Assembly (NCBI GenBank): GCA_037442105.1
Contig: JBBIQV010000006.1
Coordinates: forward strand, 1-64,000
Origin: Nitrospiraceae bacterium
GTDB taxonomy: Bacteria; Nitrospirota; Nitrospiria; Nitrospirales; Nitrospiraceae
Length of the DNA stretch: 64,000 nt
Direction of reading: 5' to 3'
Shown here in pieces: positions 57,173-64,000 of this stretch. The notes below the pieces were generated by a model. The model was not told the DNA's origin. It saw only the letters and a list, made by a program, of their open reading frames with translations, and did no database searches. Numbering within the stretch: the stretch's first letter is position 1; every line of letters begins with the position of its first letter. The position numbers and the translations under genes are program-made.

Positions 57173-57589
57173 ATGATGCCCGTTCGGGTGCTCATCGGTA
57201 TTTTGCTCGCGATCGCCGCAGTAGCAGCATCCGCGCGAATCCTCGGTCTCCATCCTCCTTCCTCCTCTTCATCAGCCCAACTCCTGTGGCTGGCGTTCTT
57301 GTTCGGTATTCCCGGAGTACTGGCCGGGTGTCTCCTCGCACAGAAACGCTGGGCCCTAATGGGAGTGGTCATTTATGGGACCGTGGGGCTGGCGCTGGAT
57401 ATCTCGACGCTGGTGCTGGAGCTGAGAAGTTCGGATGGGCAGGTCTTGGTGCCGGTGCTCAGCGCACTCAGCGGCCTCTTGAATTTCCTGCTGATCATCT
57501 TCGGCGGGCGAGGGTTTCTCGCCTTGCCCCAGGACTCAATGCCTCCAACAGGCCGCCGTCCCAGTCCTCCATCCCCTTCCGCATCTTGA
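57173..57589 (+). CDS. Hypothetical membrane protein (about 4 TM)
   Basis: Four hydrophobic stretches. Confidence 0.7.
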   Translation: MMPVRVLIGILLAIAAVAASARILGLHPPSSSSSAQLLWLAFLFGIPGVLAGCLLAQKRWALMGVVIYGTVGLALDISTLVLELRSSDGQVLVPVLSALSGLLNFLLIIFGGRGFLALPQDSMPPTGRRPSPPSPSAS

Positions 57590-58538
57590 TCGGTCGTATC
57601 CGTTGGAATCCCGCCTCCCGCAGCCATCGCATTGTGTCCGCCAGCGAATAGGTGTTGCCGGTCTCGGTGAACAACAACATCGTCACGGCAAACAAACCGG
57701 CTTCTTGAGGATAGAGTCCCTCTCGATCATGAAGAAACGCATCCTGCAAGATCAGTCGTCCACCGGGATTGAGCGCCGGCAACGCGCGGCGGAAAAGGGC
57801 TTGGTTTTCCTCCGGCGAATAGATGTGCAGGACGTTCGAATACCAGATGACGTCGTACCGGCCGATGATCGGCTCCTGCATGAAGTCCAGCGGTTGATAC
57901 GACAGCCGGTGGCCGGCCTTGTGCGTGGCCGCGATCTTCTTCGCGACTTCCAAAGCCGCCGGTCGATCACACACCGTCGCCCGCAACTGCGGATTCTTCG
58001 CCAAGAAGGCCATGGCATAGGTGCCGGGCCCACCGCCAAGATCCAGGAGCGTTTTGGCGCCCTGCAGATTCACTTGTGCAGCAACTTGAGGCGCGACCTC
58101 CAACGACCGATGGTGCATCGCCCATGTGAACCGCTCGCGATAGCCCGGCTCCTCTGGTTCATCGTGGTCGACCGGAAGTCCTGTCTTCACGCTGTCGGTC
58201 AGACGAGACCAATCGGCCCAGTGGTTCCTGAGTAGATCGAGGTATGCACCGCGATGAGTCGGGCTGTTGGCATTCAAGGCGGTAGCGGCAAGCCTGCCAT
58301 TCCAGTAAGTGTCGCCCGATTTTCGCAACAGCCCGGCCGCAGCGAGATTGCGGCACAGAATCGCCAACCCTCGCTCGCTGACCTTGAGTGCGGCCGCCAG
58401 TTCACCGACCCGCCATTTTTTAGAGCCGATCGCGGTGAACAAGTCGAGTTCCAACGCGGTGATCAGAACCCGCGGCAATCGATAGGCCATAACGGCATCG
58501 CGAAACTCTTCAAAGGTGGCGATCTTTGGCGTCATCAT
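57495..58538 (-). CDS. SAM-dependent O-methyltransferase (dimerisation + methyltransferase domains)
   Basis: TALELDLF, LLDLGGGPG, SNVLH, LNPGG. Confidence 0.9.
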   Translation of the reverse strand: MMTPKIATFEEFRDAVMAYRLPRVLITALELDLFTAIGSKKWRVGELAAALKVSERGLAILCRNLAAAGLLRKSGDTYWNGRLAATALNANSPTHRGAYLDLLRNHWADWSRLTDSVKTGLPVDHDEPEEPGYRERFTWAMHHRSLEVAPQVAAQVNLQGAKTLLDLGGGPGTYAMAFLAKNPQLRATVCDRPAALEVAKKIAATHKAGHRLSYQPLDFMQEPIIGRYDVIWYSNVLHIYSPEENQALFRRALPALNPGGRLILQDAFLHDREGLYPQEAGLFAVTMLLFTETGNTYSLADTMRWLREAGFQRIRPIKMRKGMEDWDGGLLEALSPGARRETLARRR

Positions 58539-58570
58539 CCTGCCATCCTTCTCCATCCCGCCCACTGAAC

Positions 58571-58610
58571 GAGAGGTCGTGCGGGGCCGGCCGGCCCCAC
58601 ACGACCTCTC
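58571..58610. repeat. 40-bp near-perfect palindrome
   Basis: GAGAGGTCGTGCGGGGCCGG|CCGGCCCCACACGACCTCTC, one mismatch. Confidence 0.85.
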
Positions 58611-59043
58611 ATCGAATCTTCTCGACGCACCACCGCATCAGGTTTTTTACTTCCTCCAGATTTCCCAAATCCACAGTCTTTCTGAAAATCACCGCCACAT
58701 ACTCCTCATTCATTTCCGCTTGCTCCTCGAACCCCGCCTTCACTAACGCCGGACGGTACTTCGACACGGCCGGCTGGAGGAAATATTTGGCCTGCTTCGC
58801 CAACTCGTCCGTCCCGATGTCTTCGGTTGTGCCGTCGGAAGTAAGACTTTTCACATCATCCATCGCGATGCCGTTCTGACAAGCCAATGTCCCGTCCGGC
58901 GTAATTTCCAACATCCAGCCGTCGCGCTCCAACTCCATCGCCAAAGCCCCGCCGGGCTCCAATTCGTAGAGCGCGGGCAGGGCGGCGCACAACTGGGATC
59001 GAACATGAGTCCAGGATGCCTTAGAAAGGAGCGGGGCGCTCAT
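58609..59043 (-). CDS. Hypothetical protein
   Basis: 144-aa ORF, ATGA-coupled to the TPR gene. Confidence 0.75.
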   Translation of the reverse strand: MSAPLLSKASWTHVRSQLCAALPALYELEPGGALAMELERDGWMLEITPDGTLACQNGIAMDDVKSLTSDGTTEDIGTDELAKQAKYFLQPAVSKYRPALVKAGFEEQAEMNEEYVAVIFRKTVDLGNLEEVKNLMRWCVEKIR

Positions 59044-59867
59044 GCATGGCTCCCGCGAAAAGGGGAAGTCTGTTTGGTCTCGACCGCCAAACGGGCCCGG
59101 AGCAATTCGAGCCGTTTGGCATTCTCTTCGAGTTTCGGCAACCGATACTTGCGATCCATATGGACCACTTGCTCCAACAGATCGACCGCTTCACGGATCT
59201 GGCCGAGTTCCTCATAGCACTGAGCGAGAAGATAGCGCGCTCCACCGACCCGCAGTTCATCGCGGGTCCGCTCCGCAATAGCCTGGCTCGTCTGGCAACA
59301 GGCCATGGCTTCGTCATACCGTTTCTGCGCGAGGAACGTGCGGCCCATCATCCGCCACGCATCGGCTACCCCATTTTGGTCGCCCAGCCGCCGCATGAGT
59401 ACGAGGGACTGCTCATAGTATTGCAGGGCTTCTTCAAACTGGCCGGTCTCTCGCGCGACCAGCCCGAGATCCGAGAAGAGCACTGCCTTGCCCGCCTCGT
59501 CATGCACCTTCGTCATGATATCGAGCGCTTCGAGGTAGTAGGCGCGAGCCCTGCTCCAGTCGCCCGCGTCGGCCCGAAGATTGCCCAAGTTCCCCAATGT
59601 CGTCCCGATGCCTTTCTCGTCGCCCAAAATCTTCTGGAGTTCGAGAACCTCCTGGTAGTGGTTCTGGGCTGCATCGCGGCGACCGCTCACCGCGCAGATG
59701 TTGCCGAGATTGCCGAGCGTCGCGGCCAGGGAGCGCCGGTCTCCGGATAGCCGATCACATTCGAGCGCCTTTGCATAGCAGGCGTAGGCATCAGTGTAAA
59801 ACCCGCGGGCGAAGTGCTCGTTGCCCTGACGATTCAGTTCTTCAGAAAGCCCCTTCCGCGTCGGCAT
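59040..59867 (-). CDS. Tetratricopeptide repeat protein
   Basis: Repeated LGNLG...A..YY..AL units. Confidence 0.9.
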   Translation of the reverse strand: MPTRKGLSEELNRQGNEHFARGFYTDAYACYAKALECDRLSGDRRSLAATLGNLGNICAVSGRRDAAQNHYQEVLELQKILGDEKGIGTTLGNLGNLRADAGDWSRARAYYLEALDIMTKVHDEAGKAVLFSDLGLVARETGQFEEALQYYEQSLVLMRRLGDQNGVADAWRMMGRTFLAQKRYDEAMACCQTSQAIAERTRDELRVGGARYLLAQCYEELGQIREAVDLLEQVVHMDRKYRLPKLEENAKRLELLRARLAVETKQTSPFRGSHA

Positions 59868-59876
59868 GGCGTGTTC

Positions 59877-60470
59877 CTACCGGAGCGCCTCCTCCACTGC
59901 CTGTTTCGCGCCCGCGAGGATCGATACTCCATCTCCAACGAGTATGGCGTCAAAGTCGTACTTGAGCAGCCGGCACAACCCCTCCTTCGCTTTCTCCCGA
60001 TCCGCATACTTGTCGGCCGGCAACAGGCTCAGCGACCCGGCAGGTTTGCCGATCAACGCATCGCCGACGATCAAAATCCCCTTTCCCTGTCGGAGGTAGA
60101 GGGCACATTCCCCAGATGACTTTTGATCTTTCACGTGCACCACCCATATCCCGCCGGGGAGTAGCTCGCCGTCCTTGAACGTCTTGGTCGGCTTTAGTTC
60201 CATCGACGGCGCATCCATGTCCGGCACTTGGAGCTGACACTTGAACTCGGCTTGATACGTTGCCGACTCTCGGGCATGGTCCCGATTCGTCACGACGATG
60301 TAATCGATCGGACCGCTTCGGCGAACGAATGCGGCGTCCTCCGCAGCCATCGGCGGTGGATCGATCAGAACTTTGTGCTCGCCCACAGTCAGAAACAGCC
60401 CGTTGAAGTCGAGCTGCTTCTCCTCAGAAAACCACGACCATTGCCACATGCCGGGAAGGATTTGCTTCAT
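59877..60470 (-). CDS. Metallo-beta-lactamase-fold protein with degenerate metal motif
   Basis: VLIDPP, VTNRDHAR, LIVGDAL, ILVGDG. Confidence 0.7.
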   Translation of the reverse strand: MKQILPGMWQWSWFSEEKQLDFNGLFLTVGEHKVLIDPPPMAAEDAAFVRRSGPIDYIVVTNRDHARESATYQAEFKCQLQVPDMDAPSMELKPTKTFKDGELLPGGIWVVHVKDQKSSGECALYLRQGKGILIVGDALIGKPAGSLSLLPADKYADREKAKEGLCRLLKYDFDAILVGDGVSILAGAKQAVEEALR

Positions 60471-60476
60471 CAAAAG

Positions 60477-60497
60477 AGCCGATAGCTAATAGCTGAT
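60477..60497. repeat. Short heptamer array
   Basis: AGCCGAT AGCTAAT AGCTGAT. Confidence 0.6.
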
Positions 60498-60510
60498 GGC
60501 ACAAACAGAC

Positions 60511-60750
60511 CTAAAGGGTTGCAACAGCGTCTTTCACGACTTTGGTAACTTTGGCAAGAATACTGGTTTCATTGGGCAGGTCGATGATGTCGTCTTCTGG
60601 TACCGTGATGAATTTGCGATTGGGGCCTTTCGTCAGAGAGATCAGGAACATGCTGTTCGACGGCGTGACCGGAATCACCACCTGCACAGTCCTGTCGATC
60701 CCCTTCACCAACTCCAAAAACTTTTGCTTCCCTTCCTCCACTTCATCCAT
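60511..60750 (-). CDS. Small hypothetical protein
   Basis: 79-aa ORF with GAGG RBS. Confidence 0.7.
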   Translation of the reverse strand: MDEVEEGKQKFLELVKGIDRTVQVVIPVTPSNSMFLISLTKGPNRKFITVPEDDIIDLPNETSILAKVTKVVKDAVATL

Positions 60751-60788
60751 GCTTGTCCCTCGTCCCTTTTACAGGTGGAATAGCTTCA

Positions 60789-60881
60789 CGGGGGCGGCCA
60801 GGCCGTCTCCCACTGCGCGCGTCGAGCGAGCGGTTTCTGAACCGCGGGCTCCGCGAGTACGGAGACGGCTGGCCGACCCCG
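60789..60881. repeat. 93-nt structured dispersed element, copy 2
   Basis: Terminal IR CGGGGGCGGCCAGGCCGTCTCC/GGAGACGGCTGGCCGACCCCG; shared core with copy 1. Confidence 0.8.
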
Positions 60882-60886
60882 CTTAC

Positions 60887-61417
60887 CTACATCTTGTTCG
60901 CGCCACCCAGCAGCTTTTCCACCTCAGCCACAATCACGTCCGCTCCCGCCAAATCCATATTTCCGACCCGCTGCCACCGTATCACGCCGTTCTGATCGAT
61001 CACGTAGACGTTGGGGATGAACTTCCCACCCCCGTACAGCTTGTCCGTAACCTTGCCGGGATCGAGCAGGTAGGGATATGTGACCTTCACGGGAAATGCC
61101 GAGAGAAATTCGCCGACATCCCGCTTCGAGTTGCCGGCAGAGTTGACACCGATAACGGCGACATCCCTCCCCTTGGTCGCTTCGTACACCTTCTGCAGGT
61201 TGGAGCCTTGCATCATGCAGGGATCGCAAATATGAAACAGCCCCAGCACGACGACCTTGCCCCTCAATGCGTCCAACGCTACGGTCTCTCCGGTGATCGA
61301 GGTCAACGTAAAGATCGGAGCCTTCTCCCCGACTTTGAAAAATCCCGCCGCCATGACGAGATGCGCCGCACAAACCGTGGCCGACAAGATGGACAACGCC
61401 ATGAGAATCCGTTTCAT
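60887..61417 (-). CDS. Exported TlpA/ResA-like thioredoxin-fold redoxin
   Basis: Signal peptide, GEKAPIFTL, CDPC, YVIDQNGVIR. Confidence 0.85.
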   Translation of the reverse strand: MKRILMALSILSATVCAAHLVMAAGFFKVGEKAPIFTLTSITGETVALDALRGKVVVLGLFHICDPCMMQGSNLQKVYEATKGRDVAVIGVNSAGNSKRDVGEFLSAFPVKVTYPYLLDPGKVTDKLYGGGKFIPNVYVIDQNGVIRWQRVGNMDLAGADVIVAEVEKLLGGANKM

Positions 61418-61489
61418 GACAGCCTCCTCTCTCATAAATATCGCTGATATCCTAGCACGCTAAATTTTTCAGGGGCAACCGGAGGAAAA

Positions 61490-61568
61490 CGTTGGTCGTC
61501 AAGCGTCAACCGTCAATCGCCGGAAAGCCGCCTCCCAACGCATGGCGGACGACGATTGACGAATGTCG
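61490..61568. repeat. Heptamer arrays (CGTCAAN) with partial inverted arm downstream of purF
   Basis: CGTTGGT CGTCAAG CGTCAAC CGTCAAT ... GACGATTGACG. Confidence 0.6.
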
Positions 61569-61580
61569 CTTGGCGGGGTC

Positions 61581-62999
61581 TTAGTGGGAGGACTCGAACA
61601 GGCCGAGCTGCAATTCCTCCGCGCGGGTAAACGAGATGGGATATCGCTCGGTGAAGCAGGCATTGCAATAGTGGCCCGGCGTGCCTGGCGCAGACTTCAA
61701 CATGCCATCCAGGCTGAGATAGGCAAGACTGTCGGCGGTGATGTATTTGCGGATTTCTTCGGTCGAGTGGCTGGAGGCGATCAGCTCTTTTTTGGTCGGC
61801 GTGTCGATGCCGTAGAAGCAGGGGGAAATGATCGGCGGCGAGCTGACTCGCATGTGGACTTCCTTCGCGCCTGCGTTGCGGATCATCTTCACGATTTTCC
61901 GGCTCGTCGTTCCTCGCACGAGGGAGTCGTCCACCACCACCACGCGTTTTCCACGCAACACCTCCGGCACCGCGTTCAACTTCACCTTGACGCCGAAGTG
62001 CCGGATGGATTGCTCCGGCTCGATAAAAGTCCGGCCCACGTAGTGATTGCGAATGAGGCCCGTCTCGAACGGGATGCCGGCTCCTTCCGCATAACCCAGT
62101 GCAGCCGGCACACCGGAGTCCGGCACTGGGATGACCACATCGGCGGGCACCCACGACTCCTGCGCCAACTGTCTCCCCAGGGCTTTCCGTGTGGCATACA
62201 CCGCGTTGGCGCCGAAAATCTTGCTGTCCGGTCTGGCGAAGTACACATATTCGAAGATGCACATCGCCGGCTTCGTCGGCGCAAACGGCCGATGGCTATC
62301 GACGCCTTGTTCGCTCAAGACAACCAGCTCGCCCGGCTCGACCTCGCGCACATATTCCGCGTCCAGCAAGTCGAACGCGCAGGTTTCCGAGGCCACAATC
62401 CAACTGTCGCGGACTCGCCCGAGGCATAACGGCCGCAAGCCATGAGGGTCTCGCGCCGCAATGACGCCGTTGTCGGTCATCAGCACGACGGAAAAGGCCC
62501 CGCGTACCTGGCTGAGCGCGTCCACGACCCGTGCGAGGAACGAATCGGCCCGCGAGTGAGCGATGAGGTGAATAATCACCTCGCTGTCCGAAGTGGACTG
62601 GAAGATGGCACCGTACGCCTCGAGCTCGTTGCGCAGGACGGTCGCATTGATCAAATTCCCGTTGTGCGCGAGCGCGAGATTCCCGAAGGCGAAGTTGACG
62701 GTGAATGGCTGAACGTTCTTCAGATCATTCCCGCCGGCCGTCGAGTACCGATTATGGCCGATGGCCATGTGGCCGGCCAGTCGCTTCAGTGAAGCCTTGT
62801 TGTAGATGTCGGCGACGAGTCCCTGCCCCTTCTCCACATAGAAATGCTCGCCGTCGCCAGACACGATGCCCGAAGCTTCTTGCCCGCGATGCTGCAACGC
62901 ATAGAGGCCGAGGTAGGCCAGGTTGGCGGCTTCCTTGTGGCCAAAGATCCCGAAGACCGCACATTCATCGTGAAATTTGTCGGGAGTGATCAGTTGCAT
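61581..62999 (-). CDS. purF: Amidophosphoribosyltransferase
   Basis: [35 protein letters not shown]. Confidence 0.98.
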   Translation of the reverse strand: MQLITPDKFHDECAVFGIFGHKEAANLAYLGLYALQHRGQEASGIVSGDGEHFYVEKGQGLVADIYNKASLKRLAGHMAIGHNRYSTAGGNDLKNVQPFTVNFAFGNLALAHNGNLINATVLRNELEAYGAIFQSTSDSEVIIHLIAHSRADSFLARVVDALSQVRGAFSVVLMTDNGVIAARDPHGLRPLCLGRVRDSWIVASETCAFDLLDAEYVREVEPGELVVLSEQGVDSHRPFAPTKPAMCIFEYVYFARPDSKIFGANAVYATRKALGRQLAQESWVPADVVIPVPDSGVPAALGYAEGAGIPFETGLIRNHYVGRTFIEPEQSIRHFGVKVKLNAVPEVLRGKRVVVVDDSLVRGTTSRKIVKMIRNAGAKEVHMRVSSPPIISPCFYGIDTPTKKELIASSHSTEEIRKYITADSLAYLSLDGMLKSAPGTPGHYCNACFTERYPISFTRAEELQLGLFESSH

Positions 63000-63000
63000 A

Positions 63001-63076
63001 AGGCTATAGGCGATTGGCTATGGACTATAGGCAAGAACTGTCTGACCCATTGCCTATCGCCCATCGCCTAGCGCCC
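63001..63076. repeat. Heptamer inverted hairpin between purL and purF
   Basis: AGGCTAT AGGCGAT TGGCTAT GGACTAT AGGCAA ... ATTGCCT ATCGCCC ATCGCCT AGCGCCC. Confidence 0.85.
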
Positions 63077-64000
63077 TCTCCAAGCTATGCGCCCATCGGT
63101 CATGTATCTGCACTACATCGAGGTCGATCCGGCAACCCGCGCCAGATCGAGTTGCCGCGACATCTATGACCAGCCGGTCACCACCAACGGTCCCGATTGC
63201 CTCAGCAGCGACGCCGGATTCGGCCGCCGCCTTCAGCACCGCCCTGTGCTGCTGGGCCGCCACCGAGAGGACCACGCGCGATTGACTTTCACCGAAGAGA
63301 AGCGAATCGCGCCTGATGTTGAGAGAGTGTAATTCTACCACAGCGCCGATCGGTTGGTCCGGGCCGGATATGCAGCATTCCGCCAAGGCCACAGCCAACC
63401 CTCCATCTGAGCAATCGTGAGCTGAACGCACCCTACCCTCCCGAATCAACTTCAGCACGCAGTCATGCAGTGCCTTCTCCGTCTCCAAGTTCAGGTATGG
63501 GGGCGAGCCCTGCTCCCGCGAATGCAACATCTTGAGATATTCCGTCCCTCCCAACTCGTCTTTCGTGGCCCCGAGGAGAAGGATCACGTCGCCATCCTGT
63601 TTGAACCACTGCGTCATTGCCCGATCGGCCTCGTCGATCAGGCCGACCATGCCGAGCATCGGCGTGGGATAGATAGAAAGCCCGTTCGTTTCGTTATAGA
63701 AACTCACGTTGCCGCTCACGATGGGAATGCCGAAATGCTCGCACGCGTCCTTCATCCCCTCGATTGCCAGCACGAATTGCCACATGATATCCGGCCTTTC
63801 GGGATTGCCGAAGTTCAGACAGTCTGTGAGCCCAATGGGCTCGGCGCCGGAACAGACGAGATTGCGAGCTGCCTCAGCCACCGCAATCTTGGCCCCTTCA
63901 TAAGGCTGGAGCAAACAATAGCGCCCGTTGCAGTCCACTGTCATGGCGAGCGCCTTGTTCGTACCCTTCACCCGGACCACTGCTGCATCCGAGCCGGGTC
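63054..64000 (-). CDS. purL: Phosphoribosylformylglycinamidine synthase subunit PurL, 3' part
   Basis: DCLNFGNPE, SGNVSFYNET, SAHDCSDGGLAVAL, LFGESQ. Confidence 0.97.
   Translation of the reverse strand, partial: PGSDAAVVRVKGTNKALAMTVDCNGRYCLLQPYEGAKIAVAEAARNLVCSGAEPIGLTDCLNFGNPERPDIMWQFVLAIEGMKDACEHFGIPIVSGNVSFYNETNGLSIYPTPMLGMVGLIDEADRAMTQWFKQDGDVILLLGATKDELGGTEYLKMLHSREQGSPPYLNLETEKALHDCVLKLIREGRVRSAHDCSDGGLAVALAECCISGPDQPIGAVVELHSLNIRRDSLLFGESQSRVVLSVAAQQHRAVLKAAAESGVAAEAIGTVGGDRLVIDVAATRSGAGCRIDLDVVQIHDRWAHSLERALGDGR

Noticed and set aside
57495..57589. 95-bp convergent overlap of membrane-protein and methyltransferase genes
   Set aside because: Both tails are low-complexity extensions; stop-codon drift is sufficient explanation.
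1516..63076. Repeat arrays as CRISPR
   Set aside because: Units are 6-8 nt without unique spacers, and no cas genes are present.

Overview
GC-rich bacterial chromosome segment; gene content and order suggest Nitrospirota (Nitrospira-like), which is an inference. About 50 kb is one motility super-cluster. It holds two chemosensory operons (STAS-MCP-cheY-cheA-cheW-MCP, and HTH-HEAT-cheR-RR-cheY-cheZ-cheA-cheV-MCPs-cheB-MCPs-cheW), motAB, an FlhG/MinD-like ATPase, c-di-GMP genes (GGDEF, 2 HD-GYP, 2 PilZ) and fliC-flaG-fliD-fliS. It also holds a tightly coupled putative flagellin glycosylation island with two cobalamin-type radical SAM enzymes, one fused to two GT2 domains and TPRs. Housekeeping and unknown genes follow (hybrid kinase, ppx, recG, peptidase, O-methyltransferase, purF, purL). 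Most notable observations: (i) the radical-SAM/glycosyltransferase island; (ii) about 15 heptamer/hexamer tandem arrays, most forming inverted hairpins, between genes, between divergent sigma-28 promoters and in frame inside protein linkers; (iii) a 93-nt element present twice with compensatory base-pair changes; (iv) MshEN-like motifs in both CheA proteins; (v) a heme-c chemoreceptor paired with a free heme-c paralogue. No rRNA, tRNA, CRISPR array or transposase was recognised. All calls come from reading motifs by eye; no database search was run.
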